56,386 bases of DNA, from positions 1-56,386 of the forward strand of contig CAWEPZ010000006.1 in the NCBI GenBank assembly GCA_963811105.1, given 5' to 3'. The position numbers and the translations under genes are program-made. The DNA comes from Candidatus Bathyarchaeota archaeon (lineage in GTDB: Archaea; Thermoproteota; Bathyarchaeia; Bathyarchaeales; Bathycorpusculaceae). The notes under the pieces were generated by a model, which saw nothing but the letters and a program-made list of their open reading frames with translations, was not told the DNA's origin and made no database searches. This document shows positions 1 through 10,436 of this stretch, in pieces (position 1 is the first letter of the stretch; every line of letters begins with the position of its first letter).

Positions 1-141
1 TTGGATTATGAGATTGTTCGAAAGATCAGACTTGATGCTGGGAAAGTTGCTCGTTCAAGGAAAGTGGCTTTACTCAATATTGAGCAGGCTCAAGCTGATT
101 TAGATTTTGCACTCCAGGTAGGCGTTAAGATTAAGATTTAG
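1..141 (+). CDS. 3' end of a hypothetical protein truncated by the window edge
   Basis: Open frame LDYEIVRKIRLDAGK...VGVKIKI ends in TAG at 139-141. Confidence 0.5.
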   Translation: MDYEIVRKIRLDAGKVARSRKVALLNIEQAQADLDFALQVGVKIKI

Positions 142-220
142 TTAGGGTTAAGACTTAACAAAAGAATATTTTTTAAGTAATATTTCTATGGTAAATTCTA
201 AAACAGAATAGAGTAGTATT

Positions 221-526
221 CTAAGAAGGGTTCTGTTTTGTTTCTTTGCTTCTTCCGATTACTATGAGGAAGTACATGTTTATTGCAAGTAGGAACCAAA
301 ATGTCCAAAAAGGATAATTGAATATCGGGTGAAAAATTGATGAAGGCAGAGTTAATCCGCTTAAGTTCTCTGTGGTTATAAAAAATGGAGACCATTTAGA
401 TGCAACATCTGAAAGAACCCAGAAGTTTACCCTGTTCCATAAAGTATAGTTTCCTATAATATAGAAAAAACTTCCAAATAAGTTGACTAAAATCATATAC
501 TTAACTTGCTTTAGCAATTGTTCCAC
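221..526 (-). CDS. small hypothetical membrane protein
   Basis: 101-aa ORF with two hydrophobic segments. Confidence 0.55.
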   Translation of the reverse strand: MEQLLKQVKYMILVNLFGSFFYIIGNYTLWNRVNFWVLSDVASKWSPFFITTENLSGLTLPSSIFHPIFNYPFWTFWFLLAINMYFLIVIGRSKETKQNPS

Positions 527-682
527 CGTTTTCCAATATGTTTTGAATATGCTTAAAAAATTTTAGAACCAACTTTTGATACTTCTTACAGAATTCCGAG
601 TCCAAATTCCTAAAGAGCATCCACTTCGCCACTAAAGGCGCTGCTTTTGCAAAATAAGCAAACAAACAAAAAAGAAATGCCA

Positions 683-1276
683 TTATAATCGACCAAACCC
701 TAAATTTCCAATATGGAAAGCGTAAGCCAAAAAAAGCGCGGTTTTACTAACGAGATTAAAAACTTCACCGAAAAAAGAGAATGAAGGACTACCTAGGTAA
801 TTAAATTTAAATCCTGTTCCAATCCAGAGGGGAAAGGAAATAGCAAAAATTCCGTAAAGAACGATGGAAATTCTTGGTAGGAGTTTATGAAAGACTGCGC
901 TAATTCCAAGAAGAATCCAACCAAATAATGCTGCAAACTGCAGGATTCTTAAATCATACCCATTGAAAGCAACTGCAGAATACCACCAAATTATTTCGAA
1001 TAAAGCCATTGGCACAATGACAGCTAACAGAGCATAGTACAATGATTTCAGAGTGTTCCTTCTCTGCATGAATAAAACGATGACAAAACAAACAAGTGCA
1101 GTAGCCACAGTAGATACCCTAATGCCTGAAAGAGGAAAAATAAGCCACAAGTTTTCAATTCTCACCAGTCCTGTTGCACCCATTACGGCTAAAGCAACAA
1201 GGACTGTACCCACAATCAAAACTGGCTTAACTATCTCCCTGCGTTTCTTTATTAACTCTTTAAAAATTGTGCTCAT
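683..1276 (-). CDS. hypothetical multi-pass membrane protein
   Basis: 197-aa ORF with about six hydrophobic helices. Confidence 0.7.
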   Translation of the reverse strand: MSTIFKELIKKRREIVKPVLIVGTVLVALAVMGATGLVRIENLWLIFPLSGIRVSTVATALVCFVIVLFMQRRNTLKSLYYALLAVIVPMALFEIIWWYSAVAFNGYDLRILQFAALFGWILLGISAVFHKLLPRISIVLYGIFAISFPLWIGTGFKFNYLGSPSFSFFGEVFNLVSKTALFLAYAFHIGNLGFGRL

Positions 1277-1399
1277 CCCACGTTTTTGTGTTTAAGCATA
1301 GTCGCAACTTTTCTTCCAACCTTAATTCTTTAATTTTTACTCAGAAAATTAAGAATCAAAATCAGCAGCGAGATCCTTTGATTGTTCTTACCCAATCCG

Positions 1400-2246
1400 C
1401 TACTCTCGCTGTCTAAGGATTAAAACTGCAAGAGCAACCATAAGGATCCCAAATACACTAGGGATCGCAGCTAGTAAGTACTCTGTCGTCCGAGGTACCG
1501 GCGGCTGATGAAGAGCGAAAGAGAACGAATTCACTGTCGCATTGCTGGTGCATCCTGCATAAAAATAATATTTTCCTTGAGAGACTGACATTGAAACGCT
1601 GCCATTTTGTGAATCGTATTGGCTTAAATAAGCTGAGGGCATCCCTGTGAAATTCATCGAATACGCCGGAGCGTTTGTACTATCTTGGAGCAGTAAACTA
1701 TCATATTGGGTAGTATTCAAGATATAAATGTAAACTGGATTTGAAGCGCTCCAATCGATCTTCAGCTGTGAATCTTTCTCTGAAACAATCAATGAATTGA
1801 GGTAAACCGTGGTATTTTGGGAGATTGCGCGGTGGTAGACAGTTGAGGTGGAATAACTGTCTGATGCTGAGGTGGGCACTGAGGAAACAAAAAGAATAGT
1901 GGAGAAGATTAGAAGAACGCCCATAAGTATCAAAAGTGTAGAGGCTACGATTTTTATTGCTGATCGTTTTTTCTTCTCCGGTGGGACTCTCTCGGGAAAA
2001 GTTTTGAGCATGTTAGCGGCAAGTTTTCCTCTTTCGGTGAGGCGGTACTTTCCTTGTTCATCCTTTGACACTAAAGCGCCTAAGGCCTTCAAATGATAGT
2101 TAAGTCTTCCAGTGTTCGTTATTTGAAGTAAAGCCATTATTTCCGTGTAGCTGAGCTCGTCCTTCTCCGACTAGCAATTCCAGTATACTTCTCCTCGTTG
2201 TATCACTGAGAATCTTGTGCAGAGATGCCCAATCAACTTCTTGCAT
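1400..2246 (-). pseudogene. membrane-anchored ArsR-like winged-helix regulator with extracellular domain; one frameshift near 2170
   Basis: ATG at 2246 gives MQEVDWASLHKILSDTTRRSILELL; after a 1-nt shift it reads SEKDELSYTEIMALLQITNTGRLNYHLKAL...YRLTERGK, followed by two TM helices. Confidence 0.7.
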
Positions 2247-2279
2247 GATTTCTCTTTGTCTCCTCAGTGCACTTTAATG

Positions 2280-2316
2280 TTTTTGATAAGGAGCCTTATC
2301 TCCAACTTATCAAAAA
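2280..2316. promoter_or_regulatory. perfect 11-bp inverted repeat upstream of the winged-helix gene (candidate operator)
   Basis: TTTTTGATAAG (2280-2290) and CTTATCAAAAA (2306-2316). Confidence 0.4.
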
Positions 2317-2404
2317 ATAATACATAAAGAGATTACGCTCAAAAACAAAAAGTAGGATAAAAAAGTATCCATGAGAAGGAACATATGGCAGAGAAGATGC
2401 ACAA

Positions 2405-2480
2405 GGATGTGAAGCTGTAGCTGAGAAGCGTAGTTAGCATTGGGCGTTGACGGGTTTTGCTTTCGAGAGTGGTGAAAAAG
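2405..2480 (+). pseudogene. C-terminal relic of the same winged-helix-like family as 4730-5252
   Basis: Translates as GCEAVAEKRS*HWALTGFAFE, versus GEHVAEKRGWHWALTSFTFE at 5158-5217. Confidence 0.6.
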
Positions 2481-2514
2481 CAAGAAAGAAGTGGATGATG
2501 CTTAGTCAAGAAAC

Positions 2515-4188
2515 GAGACCGTGTAAAAAATCAACATAATGACCGGGTGAAAGCTTGAGGAATTACCATTTTCTCTTCTTGATTTTATTCTTCTCTTACT
2601 CTTTATTTCTTAACAAGCGCACCAATTAGCGCTTCGACTCCAAGAATGTTCAGAGCTCGCCTCAAATTATAAGACATCAAAAGCAACCCAACCTCTCCGC
2701 TAACCTTCCTAAGACCTCTTAGCAACAAATAGGGAGCACCAAACGATCTCTTCAAAGTCCCAAACGTATGCTCAACTACCTTTTTACGCTCATCCATAAC
2801 CTCAGGATGAGACTTCATCCGCTCTCTCAAATCATCCACGACCTCCTCATGCACCCACCGCCAAATCAATCGCCCGCGCTTATTGCTTGTACATTTAGTC
2901 ATAAAAAACTGGCAAGAAGAACAAACACCCTTCTGGCACTTGTAAATTCGCCTATCCATCCCATCCTGAAACGTACAAAACTGAAAGAAAAGATGTTGAC
3001 CAGCTGGGCAAACATATACGTCCGCATCCTTGTCATAGCGAAATTTGTCAGCAGTAAACTCTGGCGATACAAGACCTCCTCCGCTTCCAGACCTTTTCAC
3101 TGCAACATAAGGCGTAACCCCATTATCGACACACTGCTTGATTTGCATAAAATCAAAATACCCCTTATCAGAAATACAATCAATCTGCTCAACACCCAGT
3201 GTTTCTTTAGCGCTTATCGCTACACCGCTGAGCTGATTTAGATCAGAAGCCTCGTTAGACACCAAATAATTAACGATAAGATGGTTTTTAGAATCCACAG
3301 CTGCCTGCATGTTATAGCAAGACTCTACTCTGCCATGATTCATCATCTGCCGACAATCCGAATCAGTAAGAGCAACCTCTGTTTGGCCGCTCTTTTCCAT
3401 CTTGTCAAGAATTTCTTTAGATTTCTGCTTTTTATCAAGCAAAGCAGCAAGCTTGTCTACCTTAAAAGCCTTAGCTCCATCACCCGATTCGCTATTGGCT
3501 TGTTGCTCGTCAGATGCTTCCTGCTTATCTGCAGCATCCAACTCTTCAAGGTAATGTGTTACCGATTTTTCCATGACCTTTATTCTCTTTGCCAGTGCTC
3601 TCTGAGTGAAGGCTTTATCGTTGGAGTTGACGGCTCGCAGTTTGGTGCCATCTACGGTTACTTGTTTTGCTCCATAGAGGCTGAGATCTTTTAAGAAAGC
3701 TACAAAATCCTTAAACAACGCACCTATGGCTGATGGGTTGTCCTTTCTAAAATCCGCTATCGTCTTAAAATCAGGAGCTAAGCCTTTGAGAAGCCACATG
3801 GCTTCCAGGTTTGTTTTGCACTCTCGCTCAAGCTTTCTGCTTGATCGGATGTGGTTTAGGCCTCCGTATAGATAGAGTTTGCACAGGTCCTTTGGATTGT
3901 ATGAGGGTCTTCCAAGCTCCTGGGGTGTTGAGTGTGTGAAGCCTAACTTTTCCATGTTGAGCGTGTTTACGTAGGCGTCTATGAATCTGACGGGGTTGTC
4001 TGCTTCTACGTATTCTTCTATGGTTTTAGGCAGCAGGAACGTCTGGCTTCTGGATAAGCCTTCTACATAGCTGTTGGTTTCGTTGTCCATTTGTCTCACC
4101 TTTGAGTCTCTGTCAGCCATTGCTATGTGTCTAGATTTAAGGTTAACGGCATTCTCGGCGAGTTAGGGAAGACTTTTCACACGGTCTC
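2515..4188 (-). mobile_element. IS1182-family insertion sequence
   Basis: Terminal inverted repeats GAGACCGTGTAAAAAATC (2515-2532) and GACTTTTCACACGGTCTC (4171-4188) match at 16/18; flanks AAAC/GAAC resemble an imperfect target duplication; encloses a transposase. Confidence 0.9.
2603..4120 (-). CDS. IS1182-family DDE transposase
   Basis: Motifs GRPSYNP, SSRKLEREC, PDFKTIADFR, VDGTK, DKGY and VEHTFGTLK, typical of IS1182. Confidence 0.92.
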   Translation of the reverse strand: MADRDSKVRQMDNETNSYVEGLSRSQTFLLPKTIEEYVEADNPVRFIDAYVNTLNMEKLGFTHSTPQELGRPSYNPKDLCKLYLYGGLNHIRSSRKLERECKTNLEAMWLLKGLAPDFKTIADFRKDNPSAIGALFKDFVAFLKDLSLYGAKQVTVDGTKLRAVNSNDKAFTQRALAKRIKVMEKSVTHYLEELDAADKQEASDEQQANSESGDGAKAFKVDKLAALLDKKQKSKEILDKMEKSGQTEVALTDSDCRQMMNHGRVESCYNMQAAVDSKNHLIVNYLVSNEASDLNQLSGVAISAKETLGVEQIDCISDKGYFDFMQIKQCVDNGVTPYVAVKRSGSGGGLVSPEFTADKFRYDKDADVYVCPAGQHLFFQFCTFQDGMDRRIYKCQKGVCSSCQFFMTKCTSNKRGRLIWRWVHEEVVDDLRERMKSHPEVMDERKKVVEHTFGTLKRSFGAPYLLLRGLRKVSGEVGLLLMSYNLRRALNILGVEALIGALVKK

Positions 4189-4287
4189 GAACCTTGACTA
4201 AACACTCAAGGGAAGTGAGCGGCTTTAGTTAAAGTTTCTTGACTAAGTCTAACCCCATTCAAAAGAGTACATATTCCCACGGGGGGG

Positions 4288-4311
4288 TGGCGGGCCCGAC
4301 GGTATTCAAAC
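4288..4311 (-). other. degenerate tRNA 3'-end fragment (att-like relic)
   Basis: Reverse complement GTTTGAATACCGTCGGGCCCGCCA resembles T-loop plus acceptor strand plus CCA; no 5' half is visible. Confidence 0.55.
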
Positions 4312-4538
4312 TTGTACAAGCGCATCTGTAGCCTCCGATTTAATCAGCCTCTTTAATTCTTGCCCTAAAACTTCCAGCTGGCGATCAAAGATGTCTTAAC
4401 TGGTTATAAAATTGCCCGCAAGCTAAAAACTGAGCCGCCAAACATTACTCGTTCTCGGACGGATGCTTAAGGGAAGATTGAGAGGAAAAGAGGAGATATA
4501 GCGTTGTTTGACGATCCAAAACCCTAGGCTCGCATATA

Positions 4539-4575
4539 GGTGTATTAGTGCTAGTATCGCTAATGCAATCTCAAG
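4539..4575 (+). repeat. 37-bp direct repeat, copy 1 (imperfect palindrome)
   Basis: GGTGTATTAGTGCTAGTATCGCTAATGCAATCTCAAG is identical to 24616-24652. Confidence 0.9.
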
Positions 4576-4729
4576 CCATTAATGCAAAGTTAAGAGATTC
4601 TATTTCTACGGTTCGTTATGGTTAGCGGGAATTTAACGGATAGATATGGTATACGTGGTTCTGGCGCTACCTGGCAGGCTCGCTTTGGGCAGCCGCTAAA
4701 CGAGCAAGATTTGCTTTTCAGTAATAAAC

Positions 4730-5252
4730 GCGAACCAGTTTCTAAGCGGTTTTTGACGTGCCCTATGACATGTTCAGCAAGGCCTTCACAGTTGAGCAAG
4801 TGTTGAGAAACCTGTTCAAAACCAGAAAAGGGCGCGTAGTCAAAGCGACAAGATTGGACGTTTGAAGTATAATCAGAAGCTCCTCAAGCAAACCTTGGTA
4901 GAGGTTGAAGAGGTTAAGCTTATGTTACGCACCATATTTGCAGTATTAAAAGGGTCTTTCAATTTTGAGCAATCCCTCATCGAGCGTGTGGCTTGTGAAG
5001 ATGAGGTTGACCGGGAAATAGTACAGTTGCTCTTTGAGGTGGGGTCGACTGGCTTGTTGCCGAAAACTTAACTCTTAAGTTAGAGCGGTTTAAAGTTACA
5101 AGACATTAAATTAGTCGAAGAATTCTGAGAATGAATAAGCTATTGGAAAAGGAATTCGGCGAACATGTTGCTGAAAAACGAGGTTGGCATTGGGCTCTAA
5201 CGAGTTTTACTTTGAAGCAATGGGTGAAACAGACAGCTCACATGTTGCCTGA
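4730..5252 (+). pseudogene. degenerate winged-helix-like protein of a mobile element
   Basis: Pieces RSQSDKIGRLKYNQKLL..VACEDEVDREIVQLLFEVG..LLPK / LTLKLERFKVTRH*ISRRILRMNK..EKRGWHWALTSF, with frameshifts and an in-frame stop; the start is approximate. Confidence 0.6.
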
Positions 5253-5326
5253 AAAAATAAGGCTGGCGCCTTAATTTATAACAAAATTTAAATATTAATA
5301 TATTTAATTAGCGGTTAAGCAGGTGC

Positions 5327-5977
5327 TTGTTTATGGGTCTGAATTGGAAGGAATGGAGTAGAAGCGACGTACTCTATGGAATCATTTTTCCCCTGATTGT
5401 TGTTTTAGTAATTGCAGGTCTTTCAGTTCTCACTTCTTATTTGATGAGCAGCGGGGGCATGAGTGGTTCATCCGGTCTGATTATCGGTGTTATAAGCGAA
5501 ATAGAAGAGATTGTTATTACTGTCGCAATTCCATTGCTGCTCGGGCTAGCTTGGAACAGATGGGCGGGTGGTTCCTCAGGCTTTCTTATGGGAACTCTTT
5601 GGTCTATGTGGTATGCTATTAAGTATGGATTGTATAGTGGATCTACTTTTAGAGCAACAGGCGGTATTCATTTAGGACCTACATTGCTAGGCTGGGTTCT
5701 CAGTGCTATGCTGATAGGTTACATGGCTGGAGCGTTGAACAAGGGTTCTGAAAACTTCCGCCGAATGCTCATCGCTGCAGTCATCTCGACAACTGTGGGC
5801 GGATTCTTCCTATTAGGAATGTTTCAACTATCTCCCTCAAATGTTGTCCCCTTCGAATTAACGAGTATTGCTATTACAGTATTAACGCGAGTAGCAGCCG
5901 GCGTTATTATTGCTATAATAGCCAAAGTTTTCTTCTGGTACGGAATGGGCGCCCAAAAACACCCAAATATTTCCTAA
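5327..5977 (+). CDS. hypothetical integral membrane protein
   Basis: 216 aa, about six Gly-rich TM helices, AGGTG RBS. Confidence 0.75.
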   Translation: MFMGLNWKEWSRSDVLYGIIFPLIVVLVIAGLSVLTSYLMSSGGMSGSSGLIIGVISEIEEIVITVAIPLLLGLAWNRWAGGSSGFLMGTLWSMWYAIKYGLYSGSTFRATGGIHLGPTLLGWVLSAMLIGYMAGALNKGSENFRRMLIAAVISTTVGGFFLLGMFQLSPSNVVPFELTSIAITVLTRVAAGVIIAIIAKVFFWYGMGAQKHPNIS

Positions 5978-6166
5978 CCTTTTTATGGGAACATCTTTGA
6001 GCCAAATTTCTTGTAACAAGAAAAATTGCACAAATTGGAAGAGAGGGGCACTGTTCTCTTACTAACCCAGAAAAGGATGGCAATGCTTGCCTTGATTTTG
6101 AAGATGCAATGGATATTCTTAGGCTAAGAGCTGACGCGATAAAAGGAACGCTTGGCTAGATATTGG

Positions 6167-6505
6167 TCAGGTTGTCCAAAAAGAAAACACTTCCAAGTTG
6201 TCCTTTTCAAATTGCTTTTTTAAGATAGCTTTGACTTCATCCTCGTCTAGGTTCCACAGATCGTCTTTGCCTTTGCGCAAAGGGATGCCCGTTTCTCTCA
6301 GGAATTTACCTTTAGGAAAGTCAAGGAAGATATAGTAACGCGCCTCGTGCATCAGTATTATTCTTAAAGTTGTAAGCTCTTTGTTCGGCGAAAGAGCATT
6401 TTGTTCAAGTATAAAAACAATCGACTTTGGCTTCTTTTCGCTAACTAAACGCTTGAATTCTCCCCAATCTCTAATTCTAACAGGACCCTCACTCATTTTC
6501 TTCAA
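6167..6505 (-). CDS. hypothetical protein, last gene of the ferredoxin-ATPase-arsC operon
   Basis: ORF overlaps the arsC stop codon. Confidence 0.65.
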   Translation of the reverse strand: MKKMSEGPVRIRDWGEFKRLVSEKKPKSIVFILEQNALSPNKELTTLRIILMHEARYYIFLDFPKGKFLRETGIPLRKGKDDLWNLDEDEVKAILKKQFEKDNLEVFSFWTT

Positions 6506-6893
6506 TTAACCTTTGGACTTTACGGTCTATTTCATCTCTGATTTCTCGCACTTTTTCTATTGGTTTTCCTTTCGGATCTTCCAGTTTCCACTCAATTGTT
6601 GGTTTAAAAAAGGGTCCAGGACATATTCCTTGATCGTTGCAGCCCATTGTGACTATTAGGTCTGAATCCTGAGCCATATTGAAACTAAGCAATTTCGGTT
6701 TATTTACAGAAATATCAATGCCTTTTTCCTTCATGACTTTAACAACAACAGGGTTGACTGTTTTCGCAGGTTTGTTACCAGCGCTAAGTATAACGAACTT
6801 ATCTTTTCCGTACTTGTTGGCGAAAGCCTCCGCCATTTGACTCCTTCCAGCATTCTCTATGCAAACAAAAAGAATCTTTTTCATTTGACTCAC
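6489..6893 (-). CDS. arsC: arsenate reductase (thioredoxin-coupled, LMW-PTP fold)
   Basis: CIENAGRSQMAE P-loop, VTMGC...CP and WKLEDPKG. Confidence 0.88.
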   Translation of the reverse strand: MSQMKKILFVCIENAGRSQMAEAFANKYGKDKFVILSAGNKPAKTVNPVVVKVMKEKGIDISVNKPKLLSFNMAQDSDLIVTMGCNDQGICPGPFFKPTIEWKLEDPKGKPIEKVREIRDEIDRKVQRLIEENE

Positions 6894-6916
6894 CTATTTG
6901 CATTTCTCCATTGAGT

Positions 6917-9325
6917 TTAAAATTTCTTCTCATGCGTCTTAAACCTGCGTATTAGGTATACCTTGATCGGGTCGTTGATTATGAAGGTAGTTAGTAGCGC
7001 ATAGGCGAGGATTGCAAGTACAGGTAAGTAGCCAAGCGGCGCAAGCTCTAAGACGCCTAAGACAGAAATAACAATCACAAATAAGACTTCAGCTAAAACT
7101 GTGATGCTCAGGAATCTGCTGGGACGTGTGTTCCAGAAGTGATTTCGCTCGCGAACAATCATAAGAGTAAATACGCCTGAAAGGTTCAAGTAGGCAAACC
7201 CAAAAGTGTAAATTTTCTCTACATTGCCAATTAGCCCAAAGTATGATAAGGCGGGCACAGCAAAGATTGCACTCTCAATCGTCATGAGTACGCCTAGTGA
7301 TCCGCTGGCTCCGAATAGTCGGCGCATATCAAATGTGTCAGGCTTTAGAGAAGAGCGTACGTTATCGGTTGATATAGACATCGAAACAAAGTCGCCTAAG
7401 AAAAGCAGCAACACCGTGCCCGTTATCGATAACATTAAAGAATGCGTAAGAAAAAGCATCACAACGATAAAACCGGCTATGTGTAGTTTTCGCGCGACCA
7501 TCATTAATGCCCAACTGTAGATTCTCTGATAAATCGTCCTCGAAGTCTTAATCATAGCAATTATGCCGCCAAGACCATCGACGGTGAGCACTGCACTTGC
7601 AGAATCTTTGGCGATGTCTGTTGCGTTCTTCACTGCGATGCCAACTTCCGCTTGCGCCAAAGCTGGCGCGTCATTTACGCCATCGCCAGTCATTCCCACC
7701 ACGTGCCCGATACGTTGAAGAGTCTTGACTATGCTGAATTTGTCTTCGGGGTAAATCTGGGCGATGCCATGGCTGTCTTCAATCGTTGAGTCAATGGGTG
7801 TTGCTTTGGTTTCGTCTTCCTGTATCTTCGACATTGTTGTGACGTTTTTTCCTAATCCTATCTGCTGAGCAATGTTTTTGGCAATCGGAAGCGAATCGCC
7901 CGTAAGCATCTTCACCTCTACGCCTAACCCCCGAATCTGGTCAAGTATCTTACGCGAGTCCTCTCTTATCCTGTCGGCGATGCCGGCAAGACCGACAAAC
8001 TGTAGCCTGCTTCTATGTGCACCCTTGGCAACAGCGATCACTCTTAGTCCTTTAGCAGAAAGCTCCTCAGCAAGTTTTTGCATGGTCTTTGCTTCTTCTT
8101 CTGGAACGTTGCAGGCAGAGCATATTGTGTCAAAGGAGCCTTTTCCAACGAAAAATATTTCACCAGCTTTGCTGATTGTTGCTTCAGTCATTCTAGTTTT
8201 AGGGTCGAAGGGAACGAATTCCGTCTGCGAGTAAGCATCTAATGGTAGGCTTGCTTGTGTTGCAGCTGTTAGAAATGCTACGTCGATTGGGTCTTGGTTA
8301 GCTTCTTTCGATGCAAGTGCTCCATATAGCAAAACGTCGCCTTCACCGAATCCGTTGAGCGGCACTTCCTCTTCCACGAAGAGCTTGTTCATGGTGATTG
8401 TGCCTGTCTTGTCTGCACATAGAACGTCCATAGTGGCTGCGTCTTCGGTTGCGCTGAGCCTTGTAACGAGGACACCTTGTTTTGCCAGCGCCGCTGAACC
8501 AAGCGCCATGTTTACGGTAAACATTGTGGGCATCGCAACCGGCACTGAGGCGATGAGCAATACGCCGGCAAGGGGTAGCAAGACGGCAAGGTCAAAACCT
8601 GTCAGTACCGCGTATACAAAAACGATTAGGAGAGAGGCTAAAACTAGTATGGCCAGTTGACGTGCAACTTTAACTGTGACTTCTTCCATGTGGAGTTTCG
8701 GTTTAGCCATGTCAAGCAGGGAAACGGTTTTTCCAAAATAGGTTTTTGCGCCTGTGGCATCAACCGTGCCTGTGGCTTCGCCACGTTTCACGGCTGATCC
8801 TGAAAAGGCTATTTCCGCGGGTAACTTATCCACGATGCCAGATTCGCCAGTGAGAACCGATTGATCCAAACCAAGAGAACCATCAACTATCTTTATGTCG
8901 GCTGGCAGTAGGTCGCCAATTCTTAGTCTCACTAAGTCTCCTGGGACAAGCTCTCTGGCTGGTACCGTTGACCATTTCCCGTCTCTTTTCACTCGGCTTT
9001 GAATTCTCAGCCGCTGCTTTAGTTTTGCCATTGCTGCTTTTGCTCTGCCTTCACGCCACAGCGACATTCCTGCGTTGAATAGAAGGAGGAAGACGATAAC
9101 GAGCGCCTGTGGATACTTGCCTAGCACCAATGTAACGATGGCGGTTGCTTCAAGCATCCAAGGAACAATACCCCAGAAGCGCTTTCCAAGTCTTGCCCAA
9201 AAACTTACTTTCTTCTCAGGGACTTCATTGTACCCATACTCCACGAGACGTTTTTTTACTTCTTGTGTTTCTAACCCAGTTTCAATGTTTGTTTCCTTCA
9301 AATCTTTTTTTACATTACTTGCCAT
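6917..9325 (-). CDS. P-type IIIA plasma-membrane H+-efflux ATPase
   Basis: YGYNE, WMLE, TGES, PVAMP, DKTGT, FVPFDP, MTGDGVNDAPAL and a TM6 Asp (LGDF). Confidence 0.88.
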   Translation of the reverse strand: MASNVKKDLKETNIETGLETQEVKKRLVEYGYNEVPEKKVSFWARLGKRFWGIVPWMLEATAIVTLVLGKYPQALVIVFLLLFNAGMSLWREGRAKAAMAKLKQRLRIQSRVKRDGKWSTVPARELVPGDLVRLRIGDLLPADIKIVDGSLGLDQSVLTGESGIVDKLPAEIAFSGSAVKRGEATGTVDATGAKTYFGKTVSLLDMAKPKLHMEEVTVKVARQLAILVLASLLIVFVYAVLTGFDLAVLLPLAGVLLIASVPVAMPTMFTVNMALGSAALAKQGVLVTRLSATEDAATMDVLCADKTGTITMNKLFVEEEVPLNGFGEGDVLLYGALASKEANQDPIDVAFLTAATQASLPLDAYSQTEFVPFDPKTRMTEATISKAGEIFFVGKGSFDTICSACNVPEEEAKTMQKLAEELSAKGLRVIAVAKGAHRSRLQFVGLAGIADRIREDSRKILDQIRGLGVEVKMLTGDSLPIAKNIAQQIGLGKNVTTMSKIQEDETKATPIDSTIEDSHGIAQIYPEDKFSIVKTLQRIGHVVGMTGDGVNDAPALAQAEVGIAVKNATDIAKDSASAVLTVDGLGGIIAMIKTSRTIYQRIYSWALMMVARKLHIAGFIVVMLFLTHSLMLSITGTVLLLFLGDFVSMSISTDNVRSSLKPDTFDMRRLFGASGSLGVLMTIESAIFAVPALSYFGLIGNVEKIYTFGFAYLNLSGVFTLMIVRERNHFWNTRPSRFLSITVLAEVLFVIVISVLGVLELAPLGYLPVLAILAYALLTTFIINDPIKVYLIRRFKTHEKKF

Positions 9326-9424
9326 TTGTATCCCACTTGTTAACGTTCTTTTTTCAAATAATTAGAGAATAAAAGAAACTAAATGAAGTTTTAAGGTCCT
9401 GCATCAACTATGTTTGCAGGGTTG

Positions 9425-9712
9425 TTATGATGTTGATTTTTGCGGTTTGTCGATAACTTTTTGGGTTTCCTCTTCTGAAGGATGTGTGATGGCGTCGACT
9501 GGGCAGATGTCTTCGCAACCTCTACAAAATACAATGCATGAGTTAGGATTTTTTACCACAGTTTTCTTTTTTCCTTCTTTTTCTTCAAAGTCAAATGCGC
9601 CCACGTGGCAATAGTCCACGCACTTTCCACAAGTAATGCATTTTTCATAGTCTATTTTTGGCGCCCATGGTATTTTGTCTCGAGGGATTCCTTCATAAGT
9701 TTCTTCAGCCAT
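9425..9712 (-). CDS. 2x[4Fe-4S] ferredoxin
   Basis: CITCGKCVDYC and CIVFCRGCEDICP; ATG at 9712 follows a GGAGG RBS. Confidence 0.88.
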   Translation of the reverse strand: MAEETYEGIPRDKIPWAPKIDYEKCITCGKCVDYCHVGAFDFEEKEGKKKTVVKNPNSCIVFCRGCEDICPVDAITHPSEEETQKVIDKPQKSTS

Positions 9713-9911
9713 TCTTGTGCCTCCGTGTATTTTATAATGGAAATTCATTATTAATAGCTTTATTTAAATATTGTTATAATTAAAATTAATTTAACAATGG
9801 TAGAAAAGAAGTTGTTTAGTTTTGAAAAACAAAATCTAACGCCAAGAATGGAGGCGTTCCTGAAGCATTCCTTTTCGTTTTTTAGATTTTTGACTTAGCA
9901 ACTTTTAAATA

Positions 9912-10265
9912 TTGTTATTTACACAGAACAAAGACATGTCTCCAAAGTTGGAAAACGATAATCGGTTCAAATCCACAGTTTTCCATGCGCTCTCAGACCC
10001 GATTAGACTGGAAATAGTATCTTATCTGAGGGACGGGGAAAAATGTGTCTGCGAAATAGTTCCTCACTTAGACCTTATACAACCGCTCATTTCACGTCAC
10101 CTAAAAATTCTTAAAAACGCTGGAATTATTAAGTGCCGCAAAGACAGCACTAAACGCATGTACTCAATTGTTGACTGCCAAATATACAATGTTATCGACG
10201 CCTTAACCCCACAATTAGTAACCACTCTGACAGAAGAGGCTATCGAAAACGTAGCTAGCCGATAG
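9912..10265 (+). CDS. ArsR/SmtB-family metalloregulator
   Basis: FHALSDPIRLEI, EKCVCEI and ISRHLKILKNAG. Confidence 0.9.
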   Translation: MLFTQNKDMSPKLENDNRFKSTVFHALSDPIRLEIVSYLRDGEKCVCEIVPHLDLIQPLISRHLKILKNAGIIKCRKDSTKRMYSIVDCQIYNVIDALTPQLVTTLTEEAIENVASR

Positions 10266-10436
10266 ATGGATAAGCGATTGAAACCAGCAAAAGATATGTG
10301 AAGAAAGGACTTTGGGAAAAATATTTGACTTCATGCATAGCTGCTGTAGTGTATTCTTCTTTTAATCTTTGAAGCTAACGGGTAAAAAACATATTTAAAT
10401 ATGTTATTCTTAGAGTTACTTTGAAAAGATTTAGTT

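Noticed and set aside
2768-3694. Antisense ORFs inside the transposase (and similar ones inside the ATPases, ppx and PQQ genes)
   Set aside because: Shadow ORFs opposite well-supported genes, with no motifs
6007-6023. Palindrome TTTCTTGT-A-ACAAGAAA
   Set aside because: Lies between convergent genes, probably terminator-related; no second copy seen
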